64,000 nt of DNA. Source: Candidatus Geothermarchaeum rappei. Its GTDB lineage: Archaea > Thermoproteota > Nitrososphaeria > Geothermarchaeales > JDFR-13. The position numbers were made by a program, and so were the translations under genes. Under the pieces are notes generated by a model, which had not been told where the DNA came from, did no database searches, and was given only the letters and a program-made list of their open reading frames with translations. This document shows positions 20,310 to 29,424 of the stretch, piece by piece (the first letter of the stretch is position 1; each line of letters starts with the position of its first letter). The stretch covers positions 41,820 through 105,819 of the forward strand of contig MTMB02000001.1 of the NCBI GenBank assembly GCA_002011085.2, written 5' to 3'.

Positions 20310-21116
20310 ATGGCTGATAAGATCTATGTATATGACTTGACAGGCGTCGTTGAGAAGGAGGTTGGGAAACCGGCTATATTTAGATTCCCAGTTAGAGAGG
20401 ACGTGATATTTAAGGTCTTCACTCATCAGCAATCACATAGAATACAGCCTAAAGGTAGATATCCAAGGGCTGGGAGAGATAAAAGCGCAGAGTTCTTCGG
20501 CGTTGGACTAGGTCTTGCTAGGATTCCCAGGATCAAACACGGGCCTCTAAGGGGTACTGGTGCCATTGTGACGATGGCCCGTGGTGGTAGAAGGCCACAT
20601 GTAACTACGCCTGAGAAGAGGATCTATAAGCGGATTAATCGTAAGGAACTTAGGCTAGCCGTAGCCTCAGCGGTTGCCGCTACAGGTGTTAGGGAGCTTG
20701 TTGAGAGACGTGGGCATGTAATTGACCGTGTCCCCAGTTTCCCTGTGATTGTAAGTGATGAGGTTCAGAGCCTGAATAAGACTTCTGAATTAATGGAGGT
20801 ATTGGATAAACTTGGTTTTACCGATGATATTAACCGGGTTAAGGAGAACGTGAAGATCGTTGGTGGTAAGGCCTCTTGGAGGGGGCGTAGGAGGAAGGTG
20901 CGTGTAGGCCCATTGATAGTTTATGCTGAGGATGAGGGGATTGTCAAGGCTGGCAGGAACATAATTGGTGTAGATGTTATATCAGCTGATGACGTCAGCG
21001 TCATTCATCTGGCACCTGGGGGTGTTCCAGGTAGACTTACTTTATGGACTGAAAGTGCTATAGACCGGGTTACTAAACGTCTTGAGAATGTATTAAAACG
21101 CTATGTGGTGATGTAG
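20310..21116 (+). CDS. rpl4: 50S ribosomal protein L4 (uL4)
   Basis: Operon position and the RAGRDKSAEFFGVGLGLARIPR motif. ATG at 20310 preceded by GGTGGA. Confidence 0.93.
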   Translation: MADKIYVYDLTGVVEKEVGKPAIFRFPVREDVIFKVFTHQQSHRIQPKGRYPRAGRDKSAEFFGVGLGLARIPRIKHGPLRGTGAIVTMARGGRRPHVTTPEKRIYKRINRKELRLAVASAVAATGVRELVERRGHVIDRVPSFPVIVSDEVQSLNKTSELMEVLDKLGFTDDINRVKENVKIVGGKASWRGRRRKVRVGPLIVYAEDEGIVKAGRNIIGVDVISADDVSVIHLAPGGVPGRLTLWTESAIDRVTKRLENVLKRYVVM

Positions 21117-21117
21117 G

Positions 21118-21390
21118 ATGGCGGCGCCAAATCTCTTCTATAAATATGTGAAATATCCCCTGATTACAGAGAAGACTGTGTTGATGGTTGAGAGGGAGAA
21201 TAAGGTTGTGTTGATCGTAGACAAAAAAGCGAATAAGCCGTTGTTGAAAAAGATTATTAGGGAGCAGTTCGGTGTAGATGTTAAGAAGGTAAATGTCTTG
21301 ATAACGCCTAAGGGTGAGAAGAAGGCTATCATAACATTTTATAATGCTGATGACGCACTTAAGGTCGCGACTGCATTAGGTATATTGTGA
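21118..21390 (+). CDS. rpl23: 50S ribosomal protein L23 (uL23)
   Basis: 90 aa. PLITEK motif. Operon position. Confidence 0.93.
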   Translation: MAAPNLFYKYVKYPLITEKTVLMVERENKVVLIVDKKANKPLLKKIIREQFGVDVKKVNVLITPKGEKKAIITFYNADDALKVATALGIL

Positions 21391-21405
21391 TGAGGTGTAT
21401 ATGAG

Positions 21406-22116
21406 ATGGGTAAAAGAATACTTGCTCAGAGAAAGGGGAGGTCCCCCTTATTTAGGTCAACAGGTAAAAGCGTTGCCCCTGCATACATCCCTGAATTTGA
21501 AGGACCTACCACAGCAACTGTAGTAGATATCATGCATAATCCCGGAAGGGGGACTCCAATTGCAAAGTTAGTTACATCAGAAGGACTAGAGTTCTATCTC
21601 AATGCAGTTGAGGGCATGTATGTAGGACAGGAGATAAAAATTTATAGTAAGGGCTCTCCTAGAATAGGGGATATTCGTAAACTTAAGGATATTCCACCGG
21701 GTACGATAATATCTCATGTGGAGCGGAGACCCGGTGATGGAGGTAAATTTGCTCGTTCCTCAGGTGCTTATGCCCAGATAATCGGCCCCTCTGGAAATGG
21801 AATCGAGGTCCTCCTCCCATCTGGTAAAAGCATTGTATTACATCCAGATTCACGGGCGGTTATAGGAAACGTATCTTCAGGAGGACGTGTAGACAAGCCT
21901 TTCCTAAAGGCAGGTGCTAAATATCATTACTATAAGGCTAAGGCCCCGAAGAGATGGCCGCGTGTCAGGGGAGTAGCTATGAACCCAGTGGATCATCCAT
22001 TCGGTGGAGGTGCTCACCAGCATACTGGGAAGCCTAAAACAGTGGCTAGGAACGCGCCGCCAGGGCGTAAAGTCGGAAGTTTCGGAGCACGTAGAACAGG
22101 TAGGAGGAAACGATAG
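21406..22116 (+). CDS. rpl2: 50S ribosomal protein L2 (uL2)
   Basis: Motifs RGVAMNPVDHPFGGG and GKPKTV. 236 aa. Confidence 0.95.
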   Translation: MGKRILAQRKGRSPLFRSTGKSVAPAYIPEFEGPTTATVVDIMHNPGRGTPIAKLVTSEGLEFYLNAVEGMYVGQEIKIYSKGSPRIGDIRKLKDIPPGTIISHVERRPGDGGKFARSSGAYAQIIGPSGNGIEVLLPSGKSIVLHPDSRAVIGNVSSGGRVDKPFLKAGAKYHYYKAKAPKRWPRVRGVAMNPVDHPFGGGAHQHTGKPKTVARNAPPGRKVGSFGARRTGRRKR

Positions 22117-22161
22117 TCGAAAACAATTTAAATATGTCAATGTAAATAAGGGGTGTTGGAA

Positions 22162-22563
22162 ATGTCGAGGAGAAAATTCACATACCGTGGATATACATTG
22201 GAAGAACTACGTAAAATGAGTATTGAGGAATTTGCAAAACTAGTCCCTACCAAGGAAAGAAGGTATCTCCTCAGACAGAATTATGGTCCAGAAGGAAAAG
22301 CTCTTCTCAAAAAAATTCAGTTGGCAATACAAGGTAAATATAAAAAGCCGATAAGAACTCATGTACGGGAGATGGTGATACTCCCTATAATGGTTGGCTT
22401 AACAATCCATGTATATAATGGTAAAGAATACCTGCCAATAGACATAAGGCCCGAAATGATTGGCCATAGACTCGGGGAGTTTGCACCGACAACAAAGATA
22501 GTCAAACACGGTATGCCCGGCGTCGGGGCAACAAGATCGAGCCTATACATACCAACTAAGTAA
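22162..22563 (+). CDS. rps19: 30S ribosomal protein S19 (uS19)
   Basis: Motifs VYNGKEY and [12 protein letters not shown] at 22162 preceded by AGGGGTG. Confidence 0.93.
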   Translation: MSRRKFTYRGYTLEELRKMSIEEFAKLVPTKERRYLLRQNYGPEGKALLKKIQLAIQGKYKKPIRTHVREMVILPIMVGLTIHVYNGKEYLPIDIRPEMIGHRLGEFAPTTKIVKHGMPGVGATRSSLYIPTK

Positions 22564-22744
22564 TCGGGAGGAGTATCTGGTAATAGAGAGATACAAAAAT
22601 CCTCTTCTCTTTATCTCTTCTTCTATTTAAAATGTTTTCCCCTCTATTTTAGGTAATTTTTCATTGATTGTTTAAGGTAAAGAACTGTTAATAACGGTAT
22701 TTCTATCTGGAGATGCAGAGGACAGTATTCAAGGAGGTTTTTGC

Positions 22745-22819
22745 TGGTGGGCCCGCCAGGAATCGAACCTGGGACCTCCGCCGCGTCAAGGCGGCGTCAT
22801 ACCTCTAGACCACGGGCCC
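22745..22819 (-). tRNA. tRNA-Val (anticodon GAC), 3' CCA encoded
   Basis: Hand-folded cloverleaf from GGGCCCGTGGTCTAGAGGTATGACGCCGCCTTGACGCGGCGGAGGTCCCAGGTTCGATTCCTGGCGGGCCCACCA. 7-bp acceptor stem GGGCCCG/CGGGCCC. Anticodon stem CCGCC/GGCGG with loop TTGACGC. T-loop TTCGATT. Confidence 0.9.
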
Positions 22820-22913
22820 CCGTGCCATACACTATAGATACCAGACCCTAAATTTAATTTTCTCGTATAAAAGACATTTAAACTTTTAGTTATTATTCCC
22901 TATCTAAAAAAAT

Positions 22914-23426
22914 TTATCCCAATATTAGGTTCTTAACAATATCCAGTCTAGATATCTTGTTTATAATTTCACCAGGAACCTCTCCCTCGACAATTATATA
23001 GAGTTTCTGCTCATCAGTTAAGTGCGGTTCTTCAGCAATAACCTGCACGATATTTAATCCAGCCTCTGCCAAGATTGTGGAGATGCTTGATAATATGCCT
23101 GGCTGATCCTTATAAGGGACCACAATTAGAGTTGTATATCCGAGTAACCTTGATACACCTATTAGAAAAGGCCCGGCAGGACGAAGTTTATCGAAAAACT
23201 CTCTTAAAACAGGGTCTTTCTCAATTGTTTTAATGGCCTCAACAACAACTCTCCTATCAACCGATAACACTGAAGCTATTGATGCATAGGGCACCCTAAT
23301 ATCATCGAGGTATATAGACCCGTCTCTAACCCTCAACCCATATTTAATTAGGAGTTTAATCACTTCCAGCTGCCTACCCCTACCATGGAAAACCTCTGTT
23401 ATTCTCTCCCAAATCATTATTATCAA
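22914..23426 (-). CDS. ACT domain-containing putative regulator of amino acid metabolism (COG2150-like)
   Basis: 170 aa. The C-terminal half (TLIVVPYKDQPGILSSISTILAEAGLNIVQV) is ACT-like. Divergent from trpB2. Confidence 0.55.
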   Translation of the reverse strand: MIIMIWERITEVFHGRGRQLEVIKLLIKYGLRVRDGSIYLDDIRVPYASIASVLSVDRRVVVEAIKTIEKDPVLREFFDKLRPAGPFLIGVSRLLGYTTLIVVPYKDQPGILSSISTILAEAGLNIVQVIAEEPHLTDEQKLYIIVEGEVPGEIINKISRLDIVKNLILG

Positions 23427-23464
23427 ACAAATAATTCAGATAGTAAAGTTATAAAAATTACCCT

Positions 23465-23480
23465 CACCACGGGGGTGGTG
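23465..23480. promoter_or_regulatory. GC-rich palindrome CACCAC-GGGG-GTGGTG in the divergent ACT-regulator/trpB2 promoter
   Basis: Perfect 6-bp arms in an otherwise AT-rich 116-bp intergenic region. Located about 39 nt from the ACT gene start and about 30 nt upstream of the trpB2 TATA-like box. Confidence 0.3.
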
Positions 23481-23542
23481 CTTTTTAATGTATAAAAATG
23501 TGCATTAATGTTTATAAATATTCCTTGCTGTATATTTTTGTT

Positions 23543-24865
23543 ATGTCTATACAAAAGATGTATCTGAGTGAGGAGCTAATCCCACGTAGGTGGTATAATA
23601 TACTACCTGACCTCCCAAAGCCTCTTCCCCCTCCTATTAATCCGCAGACGGGAGAGCCGATCTCTCCACAGGATCTCTCTATCCTCTTTCCCAAGGAGAT
23701 TCTAGAGCAAGAGCTGTCGCTAAATACATTCATCGATATACCTGATGAAGTTATAGAGATATACCGTCTATGGAGGCCGACTCCGCTTATAAGAGCCAAA
23801 CGTTTTGAGAAGTTGCTCAAGACGCCCGCCAAGATCTTTTTTAAGTATGAGGGGATAAGCCCCACCGGAAGCCATAAAGTAAATACATCTGTGCCACAGG
23901 CTTTTTATAATATTAGAGAGGGTGTAGAGCGACTTACTACTGAGACTGGAGCTGGTCAATGGGGGAGCGCGCTGGCTTTCGCCACGAAGATCTATGGTGT
24001 TAGACTTACGGTGTATATGGTAAAGGTAAGCTATTATCAAAAACCTTACAGAAAGACTCTTATGAAGTTGTGGGGTGCCGAGGTCATTCCTAGCCCAAGT
24101 GAACGCACCTCTTTTGGAAAGAGAATATTAGAGGAGGATCCAAATAATCCTGGAAGCTTGGGTATAGCTATCAGCGAGGCAATTGAAGACGCCGTTACTC
24201 ACGAGGATACAAAGTACTCTTTAGGCAGTGTTTTGAACCATGTCATACTACATCAGACGGTAATAGGGCTGGAAGCGATTAAGCAGATGGAATTACTAGA
24301 TCAGACACCTGACTATGTTATTGGATGTGTTGGTGGTGGGAGCAACTTCGCTGGACTCGCTTTTCCATTTTACAGGCTTAAGAAGAAAGGTCTCCTACCA
24401 AGTCTAAAAATCATCGCTGCTGAATCCACGGCAAGTCCATCATTGACATACGGTGATTACCGGTATGACTATGGGGATACCGCAGGCATGACTCCTAAGC
24501 TAAAAATGCATACCCTCGGGCATAAACACGTACCGGCACCAATACATGCGGGTGGCCTAAGATATCACGGGGCGGCTCCAACAGTTAGTTTACTTAGAGA
24601 GGAAGGCTTCATCGAGGCTAGGGCATATAACCAGCTCGAGGTCTTTAAAGTAGCTAAGTTGTTTGCTGAAACTGAGGGAATAGTGCCGGCTCCAGAGACT
24701 GCCCATGCCATAAAAGCTGCATATGACATTGCCCTTGATGCTAAAAGACATGGAGAGGAAAAGACGATATTATTTAACTTTAGTGGGCATGGTCTTTTAG
24801 ATTTACAGGCATATGAAGAATACATAGAGGATAAGCTTCAGCCTTATGAATATAATAGTGGATAA
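23543..24865 (+). CDS. trpB2: Tryptophan synthase beta-like PLP enzyme, TrpB2 subfamily
   Basis: TrpB2-type N-terminus ([19 protein letters not shown]) and PLP lysine region TGSHKVN. Start at 23543 or 23558 preferred over 23498. TATA-like TTTATAAATA at 23510-23519. Confidence 0.85.
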   Translation: MSIQKMYLSEELIPRRWYNILPDLPKPLPPPINPQTGEPISPQDLSILFPKEILEQELSLNTFIDIPDEVIEIYRLWRPTPLIRAKRFEKLLKTPAKIFFKYEGISPTGSHKVNTSVPQAFYNIREGVERLTTETGAGQWGSALAFATKIYGVRLTVYMVKVSYYQKPYRKTLMKLWGAEVIPSPSERTSFGKRILEEDPNNPGSLGIAISEAIEDAVTHEDTKYSLGSVLNHVILHQTVIGLEAIKQMELLDQTPDYVIGCVGGGSNFAGLAFPFYRLKKKGLLPSLKIIAAESTASPSLTYGDYRYDYGDTAGMTPKLKMHTLGHKHVPAPIHAGGLRYHGAAPTVSLLREEGFIEARAYNQLEVFKVAKLFAETEGIVPAPETAHAIKAAYDIALDAKRHGEEKTILFNFSGHGLLDLQAYEEYIEDKLQPYEYNSG

Positions 24866-24989
24866 AATAGTAACGTAACACTCTTCTAACCCTCCTTTTC
24901 CCATTCCCTATATTAGCCTAGTTTATAGATTAATTATTTTACTGATCCCGATAAATATCTAAACTGGGTAATAGGCTGGCGGTGGGTAT

Positions 24990-25469
24990 ATGAGAAGCAC
25001 AATGTGGAAAGGAGTGGGCTTCGGACTTACATCAGGGGTAATTACTACACTGGGTGTAATAGTCGGATTACAAGCAGGTACACATTCTAGATTAGCTGTT
25101 TTGGCAGGTATACTGGTAATAGCGATAGCAGATGCTTTAAGCGATGCCATGGGCATCCATGTGTCCGAGGAGGCTGAGATGGAGCATTCTATAAAAGAGC
25201 AGTGGGAGGCTGCGTTATTCACGTTCCTTTCTAAATTCATATTTACCCTAAGTTTCATAATCCCTGTGACCTTGTTCGAGGAATACACGGCTATGGTAGC
25301 GAGTGTTGTATGGGGGCTTATCCTGATAACTATATTCAGCTTCCACATGGCAAGGGTACAAGGACAGAATCCCCTTAAAGTCGTTTTAGAACATGTTACT
25401 ATAACTCTGATCGTGGTTTTCCTTACACACTACATTGGTGAAATGGTGTATGCTCTCTGGAGCGTATAA
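24990..25469 (+). CDS. VIT1/CCC1-family-like integral membrane protein
   Basis: 159 aa with GLTSGVITTLGVIVGL and IADALSDAMG motifs, as in short archaeal VIT-family proteins. Confidence 0.5.
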   Translation: MRSTMWKGVGFGLTSGVITTLGVIVGLQAGTHSRLAVLAGILVIAIADALSDAMGIHVSEEAEMEHSIKEQWEAALFTFLSKFIFTLSFIIPVTLFEEYTAMVASVVWGLILITIFSFHMARVQGQNPLKVVLEHVTITLIVVFLTHYIGEMVYALWSV

Positions 25470-25579
25470 CATAACTACTTAATGAGAATCATTGAAAACA
25501 TGGCTAATAATGTCTATATCTATATAAATATATGGTTATGGAAAATTAATCTCTACTAGAGGAGCATTTATTTTGATTA

Positions 25580-26485
25580 ATGGTGTCTAACATGGGAGTT
25601 AAAGAAGCATTTATATCCACAAGGCCATGGAGTTTTCCAATGACTTTTATAGTAGCTACTGTAGGCGCTGTATATGCATATATTGACACGGGTGTCTTCA
25701 ATCCCGTACTCTATCTATTGACGGCCATCGGTGTTGTATTACTCCATGCAAGTGTAAACCTCATGAACGATTATTTCGACTATAAAAGCGAGGTAGATAC
25801 CCTGGAGGCTCCTACAGTGAAGTATAGGCCTCACCCAATTATAGCAGGCTTGTACTCGCCTAATGCAATACTATTCTTCAGCATATCATATGCATTGATT
25901 GGCTTGTCAATAGGAATATACCTGACACTAGTTACTGACATAACTACTCTATACCTTGGTTTAATCGGTATAGGCCTAGTTTATGCATACACGGGTTATC
26001 CAATAAATCTGAAATACAGGGCCCTCGGTGAAGTCGAGGTTTTTCTTGTATGGGGGCTTCTAATATCATTAGGTGCATACTATGTTCAGGTACAAAGGCT
26101 TTCATACACAGTCATGCTTGTATCTACACCGCTAGGCCTACTTATAACCGCTGTCCTCCTAGCAAATAACTTACGTGATATAGAGTTTGACAGGAGGTCA
26201 GGCATTAAGACGCTACCTATCATATTAGGTAAAGAGACTGGCTTGAAGATCTATGAGTTCTTATTATACGCTCCCTATGTAATTATAGTCATATTAGCTT
26301 TGACGAAAATAATTCCCCTACTTACACTAGCATCTCTAATAACAGTGCCCAAGGCTAGAGGCCTAGTAAACCTATTTAAGAAACAGATTCCTGAACCAGC
26401 GGATCCTATGACAGCGGGGCATGTACTACAGTTCGGCATATTCTACCTAGTCAGCATGATTATTGGAGGGATCTTCGGGATATAA
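25580..26485 (+). CDS. UbiA-family prenyltransferase (MenA-like)
   Basis: Motif NLMNDYFDYKSEVD (N-x3-D-x3-D type), a second Asp-rich region NNLRDIEFD, and a polytopic membrane profile. Confidence 0.75.
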   Translation: MVSNMGVKEAFISTRPWSFPMTFIVATVGAVYAYIDTGVFNPVLYLLTAIGVVLLHASVNLMNDYFDYKSEVDTLEAPTVKYRPHPIIAGLYSPNAILFFSISYALIGLSIGIYLTLVTDITTLYLGLIGIGLVYAYTGYPINLKYRALGEVEVFLVWGLLISLGAYYVQVQRLSYTVMLVSTPLGLLITAVLLANNLRDIEFDRRSGIKTLPIILGKETGLKIYEFLLYAPYVIIVILALTKIIPLLTLASLITVPKARGLVNLFKKQIPEPADPMTAGHVLQFGIFYLVSMIIGGIFGI

Positions 26486-26504
26486 CCCACTTTATCTCTT
26501 TATA

Positions 26505-28472
26505 TTACTTTACCCTTGCTAATCTTAATATGTTAAGTAATAGGAAAAGTGTTATTCCATCATCACCAACCGCTACTGTAAACCACAGTGGTATGAAGCC
26601 CATTACACCAAGAGCACCCAAAAGCAGTTTTGTCCCTAGGGATATAGCGATGTTCTGTCTCGCTATCTCCACCGTTTTCCTACTAAGTTTATAGATATAT
26701 GGTACCTGTGTAAGCTTATTCTTAACAAGTACCATATCAGCTGATTCTAGAGCGACATCTGCCCCCACGTCACTCATAGCTATCCCTACATCTGAGGCGG
26801 CAAGGGCCGGTGCATCATTAATTCCATCACCTATCATGGCTACAGGCCCTTTCTCTGATTGAAACCTACTTACCAACTCAAGTTTCTCTTCAGGCAGTAG
26901 CTCGGCATAATATTCATCTACGCCTAATTCTTTAGCAATCTCTCGTGCAACGTCTTCCTTATCACCAGTCAATATGACTGTGTAAATTCCCATTTTCTTT
27001 AACCTCTTTATAGCCTCTACGGCATCCTCACGAACCTTATCTGCTAAACATAGCCTGGCAGCGAGGGATTTTTCCATTATGACAAATACCTTAGTATGCG
27101 TGTCATCACTAACCAACTCTCTTATATCAAGTCTCTCTCTATCTTCAAGCATCTCAATTCCTCCAACCATCACAGTCCTACCGTTTACAACGCCGATTAT
27201 CCCTTTTCCAGGTATTTCCCTAACATTAGCGACTTTCATATCCTTAAAATTAATATCCTCTTTTTCAGCCATTCTAACTATGGCTTTTGCAATTGGGTGG
27301 TTTGAGTATCTCTCTAAAGCAGCTGCATATGCAAGAACTTTCTTATCTCTGAAGTAGGAATTCCTACAGTCTGTTAATATGGATGGTGAACCGAGAGTTA
27401 ATGTACCAGTCTTATCAAATATGGCTGTCTTTATCTCAGCCATTTTCTCAATATACACACCACCTTTTATAATAATTCCCTTTCTCGCTGAAAGTGTAAT
27501 GGCTGAGAAGAATGTTGCGGGTACCGATATGATAAATGCACTTGGACACGCTATTACCAAGACTATCAAGGCCCTATATATCCATGTCCTTATTGGTTCT
27601 CCCATGAAAAGCGGTGGTACTACCGCTGTAATTATAGCTGCGATAATAATAGCTGGAACATAGTATCTAGAGAATCTATCTACAAGGTTCTCCATTCTGG
27701 CCTTCTTACTCCTAGCCTCTAATACAAGTTTCACAATCTTTGAAACAAGGGTTTCCTCAGGGAGTTTAGTGACACGTACCTTTAGTATACCGTTTACGTT
27801 TAGAGTACTTCCGTATACCTCATCGCCTGTCTTCTTGAAGACGGGCATAGATTCTCCCGTCACAATAGACTCATCTACATATGATCCTCCTTCTAACACC
27901 ACCCCATCGAGAGGTATTCTCTCACCTGGTTTTATAAGTATCTCCATACCGGGCAAAACCTTCTTAATATCAATGAGCTCCTCCTTATTACCCTTTATTA
28001 CACGGGCTTTTTCTGGAATATATTTAACGAGTTTCTCCACAGTTTTCCTAGCCCGATCCTCTATATAATGCTCAAAATACTCCGCAAACGAAAATAGTAG
28101 TAGTATAGTGGCAGCCTCAAAAATATAATCCAGGTATAAGGCTGATAGAGACGCTATGCTCATGAGCGTTTCTGTAGTAAATGTCCTCTCTTTTATCAAT
28201 CTCTTAAATCCTAAGTATCCTATATACACGCCTATTGGTGTTACTATAGCATGATATATTAAGTCTGATACCACTCCCTCTTCATCGATTATAGGGACTG
28301 TGAATCCCAGCGGTATCCCGTTAAATAATAAGTCAAGTATATATGCTATGACTATAGTTGCAGCTAAGATTACACCAAAAAATATCCAATTAATCTCATG
28401 TTCCTCGTGGTCATGGCCACCGTGGCTGTGGCCATGTCTATCATGTCCATCATGTCCCTTCATTCCAATCAA
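26505..28472 (-). CDS. Heavy-metal translocating P1B-type ATPase with a His-rich N-terminal tail
   Basis: Motifs TGES, DKTGTLT and GDGINDAP. Transmembrane metal motif is CPS (VIACPSAFIIS). C-terminal GDDGITLFLLLNILRL. N-terminus MKGHDGHDRHGHSHGGHDHEEHE. No CxxC HMA domain seen. Confidence 0.9.
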   Translation of the reverse strand: MIGMKGHDGHDRHGHSHGGHDHEEHEINWIFFGVILAATIVIAYILDLLFNGIPLGFTVPIIDEEGVVSDLIYHAIVTPIGVYIGYLGFKRLIKERTFTTETLMSIASLSALYLDYIFEAATILLLFSFAEYFEHYIEDRARKTVEKLVKYIPEKARVIKGNKEELIDIKKVLPGMEILIKPGERIPLDGVVLEGGSYVDESIVTGESMPVFKKTGDEVYGSTLNVNGILKVRVTKLPEETLVSKIVKLVLEARSKKARMENLVDRFSRYYVPAIIIAAIITAVVPPLFMGEPIRTWIYRALIVLVIACPSAFIISVPATFFSAITLSARKGIIIKGGVYIEKMAEIKTAIFDKTGTLTLGSPSILTDCRNSYFRDKKVLAYAAALERYSNHPIAKAIVRMAEKEDINFKDMKVANVREIPGKGIIGVVNGRTVMVGGIEMLEDRERLDIRELVSDDTHTKVFVIMEKSLAARLCLADKVREDAVEAIKRLKKMGIYTVILTGDKEDVAREIAKELGVDEYYAELLPEEKLELVSRFQSEKGPVAMIGDGINDAPALAASDVGIAMSDVGADVALESADMVLVKNKLTQVPYIYKLSRKTVEIARQNIAISLGTKLLLGALGVMGFIPLWFTVAVGDDGITLFLLLNILRLARVK

Positions 28473-28538
28473 AATATAAAAGGGTATGGCTCTGAGTATA
28501 TTAAGATTGTGCTAAAAAACAAGTAATTTATATTATCG

Positions 28539-28576
28539 GAATATTAATAAACAGGCAAAAAGTTAATATTAACTAG
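28539..28576. promoter_or_regulatory. Candidate operator in the ATPase/nikR divergent promoter: two AATATTAA boxes, the second inside the perfect palindrome GTTAATATTAAC
   Basis: AATATTAA at 28539-28546 and 28565-28572 (26 bp start to start). The 12-bp perfect palindrome at 28562-28573 ends 8 nt before the nikR ATG. Confidence 0.3.
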
Positions 28577-28581
28577 AGACT

Positions 28582-28974
28582 ATGACGGTAATTAGTATCA
28601 CTCTTCCACATGAACTATTGAATAAATTGGATGAAATAGTTAAGGATAGAGGCTATTATAGCAGGTCTGAAGCAATTAGAGATGCCATTCGGGGAATGAT
28701 CGAGGAATCGCGGTTAATAAACAGCGGGAAAGTAGCAACGACAATAATGGTCACGTATGTTCGTGGACATAATGGGGTCGATCGCAGGCTAAGCGAGTTA
28801 AAGCATGAGTTTAATGACGTGGTAGTTGAGAGTATACATAGACACCTAGGCAAGAAATATTGCATAGATATAATGATAGCCGAGGGTCCAATCGACAGAA
28901 TAAGGACATTAATAGGTAGAATACGGGGAATCCATAAAATTGAGCAGGTAAAGGCACTATTCATCCCCCTATAG
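28582..28974 (+). CDS. nikR: Nickel-responsive transcriptional regulator NikR (ribbon-helix-helix plus metal-binding domain)
   Basis: RHH N-terminus (ISITLPHELLNKLDEIV...GYYSRSEAIRDAIR). H-x-H-x5-C (HRHLGKKYC) matches the spacing of the E. coli NikR high-affinity Ni ligands H87/H89/C95. An upstream His (KHEF) is also present. Confidence 0.8.
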   Translation: MTVISITLPHELLNKLDEIVKDRGYYSRSEAIRDAIRGMIEESRLINSGKVATTIMVTYVRGHNGVDRRLSELKHEFNDVVVESIHRHLGKKYCIDIMIAEGPIDRIRTLIGRIRGIHKIEQVKALFIPL

Positions 28975-28978
28975 CTAA

Positions 28979-29280
28979 AGCAATCATATATCATCTACTG
29001 AAAAAATTGAAAAACATGACATCAGAAGGGAACCTCTCGTCTCTCTGGCAGGTATATTAGAGGAACTAGGCGAGCTTTCTTCAGCGATGCTAGTAAAAGA
29101 AGGCTTTAAAAAGGCTCGTCAGGTGAGAATATAGATTATAAATTAGCGGAGGTCTTTTTCGAGTTATTAAAGCTTGCAGTAGAATATGACGTAGACCTCG
29201 AAAAAACATTTAAGGAAGCGATAAGAAGCGGGAAAATTCTTCCATCAGATGGATATAAATTGATCATCCTTTGTTTGTAG
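28979..29280 (+). pseudogene. MazG-like nucleotide pyrophosphohydrolase remnant (no start codon, one frameshift)
   Basis: Frame 1 (28979-29134) reads ...EPLVSLAGILEELGELSSAMLVKEGFKKARQVRI*. The frame one nucleotide back (from about 29128 to the TAG at 29278-29280) reads NIDYKLAEVFFELLKLAVEYDVDLEKTFKEAIRSGK... Together these give the EExxE...ELADV-like MazG helices. No ATG lies upstream and the usual N-terminal ~30 aa are missing. Confidence 0.45.
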
Positions 29281-29282
29281 GG

Positions 29283-29371
29283 TGGTGCGGGGGGTGGGAT
29301 TTGAACCCACGAAGGCCTACGCCAGTGGAGCCTCAGTCCACCCCCGTTGGCCAGGCTAGGGGAACCCCCGC
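29283..29371 (-). tRNA. tRNA-Leu (anticodon GAG), long variable arm, 3' CCA encoded
   Basis: Hand-folded from GCGGGGGTTCCCCTAGCCTGGCCAACGGGGGTGGACTGAGGCTCCACTGGCGTAGGCCTTCGTGGGTTCAAATCCCACCCCCCGCACCA. Acceptor GCGGGGG/CCCCCGC. Anticodon stem GTGGA/TCCAC with loop CTGAGGC. T-arm GTGGG-TTCAAAT-CCCAC. Confidence 0.88.
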
Positions 29372-29424
29372 CCATTTGACTGTTCTATATTTTTTGTATT
29401 TGGTTTGTTGTTATAAATTTTTTG

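Noticed and set aside
22745-29371. The interval between tRNA-Val and tRNA-Leu as an integrated mobile element or genomic island
   Set aside because: I saw no integrase, no transposase and no duplicated tRNA fragment (att). The gene content (TrpB2, VIT-like, UbiA, P-type ATPase, NikR) is ordinary chromosomal metabolism. Only the MazG remnant hints at past integration, and that is reported separately.
29136-29375. 79-aa minus-strand ORF in the track
   Set aside because: It overlaps the tRNA-Leu gene (29283-29371) and the MazG-like remnant. Its Gly/Pro-rich N-terminus is simply the translated tRNA.
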